Assembly: GCA_044346245.1 (NCBI GenBank)
Contig: JBIIZO010000001.1
Span: 1-48,338, forward strand
Direction of reading: 5' to 3'
Origin: Crocinitomicaceae bacterium
GTDB taxonomy: Bacteria; Bacteroidota; Bacteroidia; Flavobacteriales_D; Crocinitomicaceae
Length of the DNA stretch: 48,338 nt
Position numbers and translations under genes: made by a program. Positions 11,522-20,436 of the stretch are shown here, piece after piece. Within the stretch, counting starts at the first letter, position 1. Every line of letters starts with the position of its first letter. The notes beneath the pieces were generated by a model. The model worked only from the letters and a program-made list of their open reading frames with translations. It was not told the origin of the DNA and ran no database searches.

Positions 11522-11875
11522 ATGAATATTGAGGAACTACACCAATACTGTTCACTCAAACAAGGCGCAACTGATTGCTTTCCTTTTGATAACCGAACCC
11601 TTGTTTTCAAGGTTTACGGCAAAATGTTCGCACTAGTTGATGTAGAAGATTGTACGTCTATCAACCTCAAATGCGACCCTGATTACGCGCTAGAACTAAG
11701 GGAACAATACACCGCCGTTCAGCCAGGGTTTCACATGAGCCATAAACACTGGAACACCATTCAGTTCAACAACGACGTCAATGATCTTCTCCTAAAAGAA
11801 CTAATAGACCACTCCTATCACCTTGTTTACAAAGGGCTTCCTAAAAAAGTGCGCGATGAAAACCCGCTTAGATAA
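11522..11875 (+). CDS. MmcQ/YjbR family DNA-binding protein
   Basis: 117 aa. LHQYCSLKQGATDCFPFDNRTLVFKVYGKMFAL matches the YjbR-family pattern. Confidence 0.7.
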   Translation: MNIEELHQYCSLKQGATDCFPFDNRTLVFKVYGKMFALVDVEDCTSINLKCDPDYALELREQYTAVQPGFHMSHKHWNTIQFNNDVNDLLLKELIDHSYHLVYKGLPKKVRDENPLR

Positions 11876-12236
11876 ATTTCTTTGGGCTGTTCGCCTCAGT
11901 AAAACACGTTCTCAAGCCACAGAACTCATCTCCAAAGGAAAAGTACTACTCAACGAGAGCGCTATCAAACCCTCTAGAGAGGTAAAAGTAGGTGAAATCA
12001 TCACCCTTCTCAAACACAGCGCGCGCTTTGAATTCAAAGTACTACAATTACTCGACCGGCGGGTAGGTGCTCCACTTGTCAAAGACTACCTCTTAGACAT
12101 CACTGCACCAGAAGAAATCGAAAAACTAAAAAACTACCAAGAAGCACAAAGAAATTACCGCCTGACAGACGGAAAACCAACCAAAAAAGACCGCCGCGAA
12201 CTCGATCGTTTCATGGATGATTGGCAAGATGATTAA
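11856..12236 (+). CDS. S4-domain RNA-binding protein (Hsp15/HslR-like)
   Basis: MKTRLDKFLWAVRLSKTRSQATELISKGKVLLN is a classical S4 motif. The start is taken at ATG 11856, which overlaps the preceding gene by 20 nt. Confidence 0.75.
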   Translation: MKTRLDKFLWAVRLSKTRSQATELISKGKVLLNESAIKPSREVKVGEIITLLKHSARFEFKVLQLLDRRVGAPLVKDYLLDITAPEEIEKLKNYQEAQRNYRLTDGKPTKKDRRELDRFMDDWQDD

Positions 12237-13183
12237 TTGGATTCGTCGGCCAATATTTTGTCGGCCAAAACACTGCTTAATTTAACATAACTCTCTGTTG
12301 TCCAACCACCTACGTGTGGAGAAAGGATCACGTTATTTGCCTGAATCAGATAAGAAAAATCGGTCGGCATGTCTTGATCGAAAAATGCTTCAAAGCTCTT
12401 CTTTTCATATTCCAAAACATCTAAACCAGCTCCTTTGATTTGTCCTAATTGTAGGCCATTCACCAACGTACTGGTCTCGACAATTTTACCACGTGAAAGA
12501 TTCAATAAATAGAATGGCTTCTTCATTTTGAGAAGAAATGCAGCATTGAAGAGGTGTTTGGTTTCTCTGTTTTGAGGGATATGTAAACTCAGCACATCGG
12601 CCTGTTCTTGAATGGCTTCTATGGTACATTCCTGGACAAAATGATCTCCAAAACCTGTTTTATATTTGTCGTAGGCCATCACCTTCACATCAAATCCACG
12701 CAGCTTTTTTGCAAATGCGGCGCCGTTGTTACCATAGCCAATGAGACCTACAGTTTTACCATCGAGTTCCTCCCCTCTGTTCGCCTCTCTATCCCAAATA
12801 CCTGCGCGCACTTCCCGATCGGCTTTATTGAGCTTATTTAGTAAAGCCAACAACATACCGAGCGCATGTTCTGCAACGGCATTTCGATTTCCTTCGGGAG
12901 AATTATAAAGTTTGATGTTGCGTGCTTTGCACAATTGCGTATCTATATTTTCCAAACCAGAACCGGCCCGAGCTATAAATTGAAGTGCCGGACAATATGC
13001 CAAAAACGCTTCGTGAATAGTGAACCGCGAACGTATGACAATACCAGAGGCAGCTGGTAATATAGATTTTAACTCATCGAAAGAGGTTTGGTAGTGCAGT
13101 GCACATTCAAAACCTGCTTGGGTAAGGCGCTCTTCTAAAATCGGATGCACACTATCAATAAAAATAACTAAGCGCTGTTTCAT
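12233..13183 (-). CDS. D-isomer-specific 2-hydroxyacid dehydrogenase (phosphoglycerate dehydrogenase-like)
   Basis: NAD-binding motif GLIGYGNNG and a catalytic region SPHVGGWT. Confidence 0.8.
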   Translation of the reverse strand: MKQRLVIFIDSVHPILEERLTQAGFECALHYQTSFDELKSILPAASGIVIRSRFTIHEAFLAYCPALQFIARAGSGLENIDTQLCKARNIKLYNSPEGNRNAVAEHALGMLLALLNKLNKADREVRAGIWDREANRGEELDGKTVGLIGYGNNGAAFAKKLRGFDVKVMAYDKYKTGFGDHFVQECTIEAIQEQADVLSLHIPQNRETKHLFNAAFLLKMKKPFYLLNLSRGKIVETSTLVNGLQLGQIKGAGLDVLEYEKKSFEAFFDQDMPTDFSYLIQANNVILSPHVGGWTTESYVKLSSVLADKILADESN

Positions 13184-13322
13184 TATTTCAATTTAAACTA
13201 ATACTTCCATTATTGAGAAAAAAGCTTGTTTTTGCGCTCGCTGTGTTGGATCATCTCTGTGTTTGATAGGTGTTTCCCTATTAGGGGTGGTAAAACACGC
13301 TTAAAACGGCTTAAAACGCAAA

Positions 13323-15194
13323 TTAACGCCCTAAATGAACCAAAAGAACGGAAATATCACTTGGTGAAACACCAGAAACCCGCGAAGCGTGGCCAATAGT
13401 TGCTGGCTGGATTTTAGAAAGCTTCTCTATAGCTTCGATACTCAAACTTTTCACTTTTGAATAATCGAGCGTGACGGGTATCTGTAAATTTTCTAGGCGT
13501 TGGTGTTTTTGAGCCTGTTCTTCTTCGCGCTCAATATACCCTTCGTATTTCAAAAGTATCTCTGCTTGTTCTACTGCCGTCGGATCCAAAACCAATACTT
13601 CGTTCACGGCTTGGGCGGTTGGCTCATGCACAGCAACAACATCGGCTAGCGAAATGTGTGGTCTGGTGATCAATGAGCTCGCTTTTACTTGCTGACTTAT
13701 TGGCGCAGATTCTTTTTGAGCAAGCATTGGGTTGGCTTCAGTTGGACTGATGCCTATTTCTCGAAGTTTACTTTTGAGTTGCTTAGTGAGTTGTTTCTTA
13801 CGTTCTACTTTCTCTAGCGCTGAAGCGCTAGCTAAACCTATTTGAAAACCCAACGGTGTGAGTCTTTCATCGGCATTGTCTTGACGCAATAAAATCCTAA
13901 ATTCTGCCCGACTCGTAAACATGCGATATGGCTCATTCGTTCCTTTCGTAATAAGATCATCTATCAAAACACCAATGTAAGCTTCGCTTCGGGTGAGGAT
14001 AAAAGGATCAGATTCAAGCACTTTTCTGTGTGCGTTGATGCCCGCCATTAATCCTTGGCAAGCCGCTTCTTCATATCCAGTTGTTCCGTTGATTTGACCA
14101 GCGAAGAAAAGATTTTCAATCAGCTTGGTTTCTAACGAATGTTTGAGTTGAGTTGGTGGGAAATAATCGTATTCAATGGCGTAGCCTGGTCTAAACATTT
14201 TGACGTTTTCAAAACCAGGTATGGTTTTCATAGCTGCATATTGCACGTCTTCTGGTAAGGACGTGCTGAAACCATTAACATATATCTCAACGGTATTCCA
14301 CCCTTCTGGTTCAACAAAAATCTGATGCCGATCTCTATCGGCAAAACGCGAAATTTTATCTTCTATGCTTGGGCAGTACCTTGGGCCGCTGCTTTTGATG
14401 GCGCCATTAAACATTGGCGAACGATCAAAACCTGTGCGCAGCAATTCATGAGTTTGCTCATTAGTATATGTAATGTGACATGGGAGTTGTTTGGCTAAAG
14501 CACTGGTGTTAGTATAGCTAAATTTAGACGGGTCTGTGTCTCCGTCTTGAACTTCCATTTTAGTGTAATCCAAACTTCTGCCATCCACTCTTGGGGGTGT
14601 CCCGGTTTTCATTCTACCGGCTTCGAAACCTAAATTAACTAACGACTCTGTAAGACCTATGGCTGCTTTCTCACCAGCTCTTCCGCCTCCAAATTGCTTT
14701 TCACCAAGATGAATGAGACCATTTAAAAAGGTGCCATTTGTAAGTACAACTGTTGTTGCATAGATGGTTGTTCCCATGGCCATCTGAACACCTATCACTT
14801 TATAATCCTTAACGATAATTCCAACACACATGTCTTGCCAGAAATCGACGTTTAGGTTCTGTTCCAAGAGGTAACGCCACTCCAAAGAAAAAAGCATTCT
14901 ATCATTTTGAGTTCTTGGAGACCACATGGCTGGGCCTTTTGACCTATTTAGCATCCGGAATTGAATAGCGCTTTTGTCGCTCACAATTCCTGACCCGCCG
15001 CCAAGCGCATCAATTTCGCGAACGATTTGACCCTTGGCAACGCCTCCCATGGCAGGATTACAACTCATTTGCGCAATGGTATTCATGTTCATTGTAACCA
15101 ACAAAACCTTACTACCCATTCGAGCAGCAGCATTTGCGGCCTCACAACCAGCATGACCCGCGCCTACAACAATTACATCGTATTTATCTAACAT
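13323..15194 (-). CDS. mnmG: tRNA uridine 5-carboxymethylaminomethyl modification enzyme MnmG (GidA)
   Basis: FAD motif DVIVVGAGHAGCEAA, 623 aa, and conserved GidA blocks (GPRYCPSIEDK, GQINGTTGYEEAA). Confidence 0.95.
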   Translation of the reverse strand: MLDKYDVIVVGAGHAGCEAANAAARMGSKVLLVTMNMNTIAQMSCNPAMGGVAKGQIVREIDALGGGSGIVSDKSAIQFRMLNRSKGPAMWSPRTQNDRMLFSLEWRYLLEQNLNVDFWQDMCVGIIVKDYKVIGVQMAMGTTIYATTVVLTNGTFLNGLIHLGEKQFGGGRAGEKAAIGLTESLVNLGFEAGRMKTGTPPRVDGRSLDYTKMEVQDGDTDPSKFSYTNTSALAKQLPCHITYTNEQTHELLRTGFDRSPMFNGAIKSSGPRYCPSIEDKISRFADRDRHQIFVEPEGWNTVEIYVNGFSTSLPEDVQYAAMKTIPGFENVKMFRPGYAIEYDYFPPTQLKHSLETKLIENLFFAGQINGTTGYEEAACQGLMAGINAHRKVLESDPFILTRSEAYIGVLIDDLITKGTNEPYRMFTSRAEFRILLRQDNADERLTPLGFQIGLASASALEKVERKKQLTKQLKSKLREIGISPTEANPMLAQKESAPISQQVKASSLITRPHISLADVVAVHEPTAQAVNEVLVLDPTAVEQAEILLKYEGYIEREEEQAQKHQRLENLQIPVTLDYSKVKSLSIEAIEKLSKIQPATIGHASRVSGVSPSDISVLLVHLGR

Positions 15195-15202
15195 ATGTGT
15201 TG

Positions 15203-15254
15203 TGTTTCACGTGAAACAACAAGGTTTAGTTTGGGATTGTTTCACGTGAAACAA
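15203..15254. repeat. Two identical 17-nt copies of TGTTTCACGTGAAACAA (each containing the 16-bp perfect palindrome TGTTTCACGTGAAACA), 35 bp apart
   Basis: Read directly: copy 1 is 15203-15219 (in the ybeY-mnmG spacer, with 8 nt between it and the mnmG ATG). Copy 2 is 15238-15254 (inside the last codons of ybeY). Confidence 0.9.
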
Positions 15255-15663
15255 ATCTATTTATATAAAAGTCCTCCTTAGCGCGCATGAGCTTCGTATC
15301 AGCTTCAGACTTGTCTTTATAGCCACACAAGTGAAGTAAACCATGAAAAACCACGCGATAAAATTCTAATTCAAAACTTTGATTAAGGGATTGCGCATTA
15401 TCTTTTACGCGATCTAAGGAGATCATTACATCACCGGAAACTTCAGGGAAAGAAGAATAATCAAAAGTGATAACGTCTGTAAAATAATCATGGTTAAGGT
15501 ATTGTTTGTTTACTTCTAAAAGGTATTCATCATCGGTAAAAACAATGCTAAGATCTTTGAGTACCTTACCTTCTTCAGTAACTAAACTCTTGAGAGCTTC
15601 TTTTAAATTTCTTTTTGAGACGAAACTTGGAATTCTAACACCCAGATTAACTATTGTAGTCAT
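15226..15663 (-). CDS. ybeY: rRNA maturation endoribonuclease YbeY
   Basis: Zinc motif HGLLHLCGYKD. 145 aa. The start overlaps the upstream stop (ATGA). Confidence 0.9.
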   Translation of the reverse strand: MTTIVNLGVRIPSFVSKRNLKEALKSLVTEEGKVLKDLSIVFTDDEYLLEVNKQYLNHDYFTDVITFDYSSFPEVSGDVMISLDRVKDNAQSLNQSFELEFYRVVFHGLLHLCGYKDKSEADTKLMRAKEDFYINRFVSRETIPN

Positions 15664-16073
15664 TTATGAAAATACAAATTTACAACACTGCCCGTATTTA
15701 AGAACTCCACTTCATCAGCAAGATTCTTCATGAGAAAAACACCGCGTCCGCTATCTTTTAAAAGATTCTCTGGGGCGGTAGGATCGGGTAATTCCTGATA
15801 ATGAAAACCAGAACCTTGATCCTTTATTTGAATACAAAATAACTCTTGGTACGAACCTACTTTAACCTCGACTTTTGCGTCAGCTAAATCCTTATTTCCA
15901 TGCTGAATTGCATTGTTAACCGCCTCAGAAACAGCTATTAATACATTTCCGAAAGCATCTTCTTTCACGCCAAAATCTTCACATATTTCACCAACGAGCT
16001 TCTCAACCTCAATAAGAGATTGATAATCAGATGGTAACACCATTTCTGTAACTATTGAAAATCCTTCTTTCAT
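15660..16073 (-). CDS. HATPase_c protein, RsbW/SpoIIAB-like anti-sigma serine kinase
   Basis: N box EAVNNAIQHG, G1 DQGSGF, G2 GRGVFLM. 137 aa. Confidence 0.75.
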   Translation of the reverse strand: MKEGFSIVTEMVLPSDYQSLIEVEKLVGEICEDFGVKEDAFGNVLIAVSEAVNNAIQHGNKDLADAKVEVKVGSYQELFCIQIKDQGSGFHYQELPDPTAPENLLKDSGRGVFLMKNLADEVEFLNTGSVVNLYFHK

Positions 16074-16092
16074 AATATAAAAATCACGAAAA

Positions 16093-19000
16093 TCACTGAT
16101 TTAAATAAGCATCTGAACGCTGTTTGTAATATAGTTGCAACGCAGGATCGATGGTTTTAATTAATTCTAGTTCATTCCATTTCGACCTTTTATACTCATC
16201 AAATCGGATTTGGTTACCTTTTTCTACATCTTTTCCGGACTTAGATTCACGTTTATCTTCAAAACCGCGTTTCATGAGTGCGTCTTCACTTTCTAATAAA
16301 CGCGTAAGGATTTCTTTTTGCCTTTGAATGGTCTGCGGATTCACGCGTTTGAGCAATAAATCTTTTTCTTGTTCTTCTAATTCCTTCAAGAGCGGATTGA
16401 GTTGATTTCCTAAACCCTTACCATCCTTATTCAATTCTTGTTTCAGTTGTTCTAAGCGCTGTCTGATTGCTGTTTGTTCTGCAGCCATACGAGCCAATTC
16501 TTTAGATCCTAAACCAGGCAAGCCCTGACCCGGCTGTCCTTCTTTACCTGGAGCAGATCCAGGTTGCTGACCAGGCTTATTCCCTCCTGGATTCGAGCCT
16601 TTTTGCATTTGCTCTAGTTGTTTTTTGAGCATTTCTTTCATATCGCCAGAAGACATACTCTGACCCGCTTTTGGCCTACCTTTACCGGGATTGTCACAAC
16701 TGCCATTTCCTTGCATTTGCGAATTCATTTGCTGTTGCATGGATTGCAATGCTTCATTCAGCAATAAGGCTAAGTTATTGTAAGATGTCATGACCAATTG
16801 TTGGTTTTTTTCGATGTCTTTTTTGCGATGATCATCTATGGCCTCTATGGTAGATTTCTGATAACTCAAAATTGCATTAAGCTCGGTATCAATAAACGTA
16901 GCTATTTTTGGTTGTCTTTTTGCTAAAGCAAGTAAGCTATCTCTAATTATTTTGGTATCGTCGTTGATGCGCTGCTGGCGTCTGCCTAATTTACGGTAGA
17001 CAGGATCTTTGGTGCTTATTTTAACAAAATTATACTGTGTTTTTTCTTGATCAAAACTTAAATTGATCAGTCCTTCCAGAATTGCCCTCAAGGATTCCAT
17101 ATCCTCTTCTTGCTGCTCCTTATTAGATTGATTTTGTTTGGCGTTTAATTGAGAAGACATCGCTTTCATTCCATCGGATGCTGATTTTTGTTTCTCACTT
17201 GCTTTTTTTGATTTTCCTTCAGAAATTTCTTGCTCAGCGTTTTGTAGGTCGTTAGAGACTTGTTGTTCTAAGGCGTCTAGAATATCTAAATCCAAAGGCC
17301 TAGCTAAATCTTTGTTGAGTTCTTGAACCTCGTTGAGTTCCTTTTTGATTTCATTGAATTTTTCATTGAGCTCCTTTTGTTTTTGAAGTAATTCTTCTTT
17401 GGAGAGCTCTTGATTTTGCTCCTTCAGCTCATCTTGTTCTTTAGCTAATGCATCGAGTTCTTTTTCTAAGTCATCTATGCGCTCATTGACTTGCATTTTC
17501 TTTAAAAGCTCAAGACTGCGATCTAGCTGCTTATTCATGTCTTCTGTGGACTGTTGTAATTCGTCTAGTTTCTCCTTGGTTTGATCTTTATCTTGTTCTT
17601 TTAGGAGCGCTTCTAATTGCTCTAGGAGCGCTTTTAACTCATCATCCATAACTTCATTAAGTAGTTGCTCTAAAAGCTGCTGTTTCTCTAATAATTGCTC
17701 GTCTAAGGGTGAAAGTTGATTCTTTTGTTCGGTACTTTGCTTGATTTCTTCTAAACTCTCTTGAATTTGTTGTTGTAATTGTTGTTGTTGTTGCTGGAGT
17801 TGTTCTACTTTATTGAGCTTGTTCCAGTTTGTTGTTTTTGATTGTAGTGCTTCTTTTTTAAACTCCTGCACTTCTTTTTGAAACTGTTGTGTTTTTTTGA
17901 ATACATCTTGCAACTCATTTAATTGCTCGGCTTGTTCTTCTTTGCGCTGATCGTTTAATTCCTCTAAACTTGGCAGTTTATAGGTTAGGGTCTCACTTTT
18001 TGTTGCTTTATGACCATTGACCCCATCGTTATCATAGACCACAAAATAATACGTGATGATGTCTTTTAATTTTATTTTTTCTCGTCTGAAATCTACGCCA
18101 AAATCAAACTTTTGCAATGTACCTTTGACTGTTTGAACATCCAAACGTTGGGTTCTCTTTTGTCCGTTTTCTTGTTCTATAGTATATACAAATTGTAGTT
18201 TACTTAATCCGTAATCATCTGAAACGGCACCTTGAAAATATATTCTACCATCTATGAGTGTGTCTTGTTCTTCTTGTACTTCTATTCCAGGATGCGCATC
18301 TTTCAATACTTCAATTTTAGATACTACAGTGTCATTTTGCTGTGTTTGTGCATTGGTGAGTATAAACTTTAAGCGGCCACTACTCTTGTATTCTTGGGTA
18401 AACTGACTATATATTGGATCTAGATTTTTGACTTTATTTTGCCAAAATAACTGCAGTTTACTTGTATTTTTTGTAGCGATTTCCCAACGTACATTTGTTC
18501 CTTCGGGTAGCGTGAGGTCACTTGTATTTTCAATTACGCGTGCTGGTTTTTGAAGGTATTCCGGATAAGAGCAATAAGCTCTTAGCGTACCCAAAACAGC
18601 TTTTCTGTTGACGCGTATCCATTTACGTTGGCTATTGAATTCATTGGTTGTTAAGAAAAATGAAGTCGTTTTTTGTAGCTGTGGTATTTTATAGGTAAAT
18701 GAATTTCTTTTGACTTGTTTCATGAGAAACTTCCCTTGATCAAGTACTATATAAAGTTGTTTTGGTAAGGTATAAAAACCAGGAGCTGGTTTTACTTTAA
18801 CTCGGACCTCAAGGCTATTGCCTTCTTGAATATTATTTGGAATGTTATTAAATTCAAAAATAAAAGGATTGGGTTCTTTGAATTCTTTGGCGTACTGCAG
18901 CACACGATTGGTACCTTGGGTTAATATTTGAGGAACAAACCAAGCAACAGCTAGAAATCCTAATAAAACAGGTAACAAATATTTGAGGTATTGTCGTTGC

Positions 19001-19458
19001 GCTTTGTATTCAATTGCCGATTCAAAAGAAATGACATTCAATTGATTGGCCCGCTGTGCAATACTTGCAGAAATGAGGTCAATGTTTCCGATGTGACCGT
19101 CGAGGTCTTGTTGGAGCTGAATGGTGTTCTTTAATTTATCTGCCACCTCTGGAAAAAAAGAACCGATGATTTCAGCTGCCTGTAAATGAGAAATTCTTTT
19201 GCCAAAGGATGATAAACGACTCAAAGGAATACCCACCCATCGAATGAATAAGTAACTTTGAATGACTATAAAACCAAAGAAAAGAATAGCTCTAATCAGA
19301 ATTGGAAAACGACCAAAAAATTCTAAAAAAGAAGTGGTCAAAATCGACAACAAAAAAAACAAAGCAAACAACAAACTCCCTCTGATCAATTGATTTTTGT
19401 AATACTTCCTGATGAAAGCATCTATTTGATCAATAAGATGGTTGAAAGTGGATTGCAT
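16093..19458 (-). CDS. Large membrane-anchored coiled-coil protein (DUF4175-like)
   Basis: 1121 aa. N-terminal TM helices are followed by a beta-rich middle region (..AVSDDYGLSKLQFVY..YYFVVYDNDGVNG..). A long E/K/Q-rich heptad region of roughly 450 aa includes QQQQQQLQQQ, and the tail is G/P/Q-rich. The DUF4175 assignment is from memory of this architecture and is not verified. Confidence 0.7.
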   Translation of the reverse strand: MQSTFNHLIDQIDAFIRKYYKNQLIRGSLLFALFFLLSILTTSFLEFFGRFPILIRAILFFGFIVIQSYLFIRWVGIPLSRLSSFGKRISHLQAAEIIGSFFPEVADKLKNTIQLQQDLDGHIGNIDLISASIAQRANQLNVISFESAIEYKAQRQYLKYLLPVLLGFLAVAWFVPQILTQGTNRVLQYAKEFKEPNPFIFEFNNIPNNIQEGNSLEVRVKVKPAPGFYTLPKQLYIVLDQGKFLMKQVKRNSFTYKIPQLQKTTSFFLTTNEFNSQRKWIRVNRKAVLGTLRAYCSYPEYLQKPARVIENTSDLTLPEGTNVRWEIATKNTSKLQLFWQNKVKNLDPIYSQFTQEYKSSGRLKFILTNAQTQQNDTVVSKIEVLKDAHPGIEVQEEQDTLIDGRIYFQGAVSDDYGLSKLQFVYTIEQENGQKRTQRLDVQTVKGTLQKFDFGVDFRREKIKLKDIITYYFVVYDNDGVNGHKATKSETLTYKLPSLEELNDQRKEEQAEQLNELQDVFKKTQQFQKEVQEFKKEALQSKTTNWNKLNKVEQLQQQQQQLQQQIQESLEEIKQSTEQKNQLSPLDEQLLEKQQLLEQLLNEVMDDELKALLEQLEALLKEQDKDQTKEKLDELQQSTEDMNKQLDRSLELLKKMQVNERIDDLEKELDALAKEQDELKEQNQELSKEELLQKQKELNEKFNEIKKELNEVQELNKDLARPLDLDILDALEQQVSNDLQNAEQEISEGKSKKASEKQKSASDGMKAMSSQLNAKQNQSNKEQQEEDMESLRAILEGLINLSFDQEKTQYNFVKISTKDPVYRKLGRRQQRINDDTKIIRDSLLALAKRQPKIATFIDTELNAILSYQKSTIEAIDDHRKKDIEKNQQLVMTSYNNLALLLNEALQSMQQQMNSQMQGNGSCDNPGKGRPKAGQSMSSGDMKEMLKKQLEQMQKGSNPGGNKPGQQPGSAPGKEGQPGQGLPGLGSKELARMAAEQTAIRQRLEQLKQELNKDGKGLGNQLNPLLKELEEQEKDLLLKRVNPQTIQRQKEILTRLLESEDALMKRGFEDKRESKSGKDVEKGNQIRFDEYKRSKWNELELIKTIDPALQLYYKQRSDAYLNQ

Positions 19459-20007
19459 AGGTTAAAGCTACAGTTTCATTTGCTAGCTACAAAATTAAAA
19501 GCTTAAACGCTCTGTAATTAGATTAATATATTTCTTTTTAAAAGAATTTTTAAAATATTTATTACAACTATTAAGGCTGTTCATTTGTGTATAATTAGAA
19601 AGGGGATTAATTGTTTTTTAAAAAAACGGCAGGTTATAAACATTCTATCCACTTTTTATATTCTATAAATACTTGAAAGTAAATTAGATACAGATTAATA
19701 AACAAAATATAAAAATAATAACTTGTTTAAAAATTTTGGCCACAACATCTCTTTATTTCGTTTGAAACTGGTTGAAAAGCATTGCAAAAGAAAAGCTTAA
19801 AAATAGTGGATATGTCGTGTCTGTTTGAGCTTATACAAAAGAACCACATATCCAAATAACTTTATAAAGTATTTTCAACAGGTTTTAAACGCTTATTCTC
19901 AAAGAACTGTTTGTAAATACAACCTACTTATTGAGCTGTAGCGCCGTTTATTTTTGATTTGTTTATAAGTTTAAACTTAAAATAGTACTTAATTTAGCGC
20001 AAAAAAG
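19459..20007. other. 549-bp ORF-free, very AT-rich divergent intergenic region with DnaA-box-like 9-mers (candidate oriC or regulatory hub; speculative)
   Basis: No ORF of 60 aa or more in any frame. See the finding for motif coordinates. Confidence 0.25.
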
Positions 20008-20436
20008 ATGATTATTCCAATTGGCTCCGATCACGCTGGTTTTGAAACCAAGCAAATGCTCATCACGCATCTTACTGCGCTAGGATACGAGGTAAAGGAT
20101 TATGGTTGTTATTCAGACCAAAGTATAGACTACCCAGATTATGCACATCCAGTTGCGGCTCATATAGAATCCAACCCTGGTAGCCTTGGTATATTGCTTT
20201 GTGGATCTGGAAATGGCATTAGCATGACCGCCAACAAACACCAAGGCATTCGTTGTGCTCTTTGCTGGACACCAGAAATCGCAGAGCTTGCCCGCCTACA
20301 CAACGACGCAAATATCATTTCACTTCCTGCTCGTTTTATCTCTGTAGACGAAGCCAAAGAAATGGTCAATGTCTTTTTAAATACAACTTTTGAAGGCGGG
20401 CGTCATGCCACACGCGTTGCTAAAATTTCTTGCTAG
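20008..20436 (+). CDS. rpiB: Ribose-5-phosphate isomerase B
   Basis: GSDHAGF and CGSGNGISMTANK motifs. 142 aa. Confidence 0.9.
   Translation: MIIPIGSDHAGFETKQMLITHLTALGYEVKDYGCYSDQSIDYPDYAHPVAAHIESNPGSLGILLCGSGNGISMTANKHQGIRCALCWTPEIAELARLHNDANIISLPARFISVDEAKEMVNVFLNTTFEGGRHATRVAKISC

Noticed and set aside
13289-13318. 10-bp phased repeats GCTTAAAACG x2 (plus a degenerate third copy, GGTAAAACAC) just downstream of the mnmG stop.
   Set aside because: They are short and lie in a 139-bp AT-rich spacer. This is compatible with intrinsic DNA bending or UP-element-like promoter architecture for the downstream dehydrogenase gene. There is not enough information to call a specific site.
17765-17810. 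TTG/CAA trinucleotide run (poly-Gln, QQQQQQLQQQ) in the 1121-aa gene, considered as a possible phase-variation tract.
   Set aside because: Slippage of a trinucleotide repeat keeps the frame and would only vary the Gln number. The tract is short and interrupted, so it is not an on/off switch.
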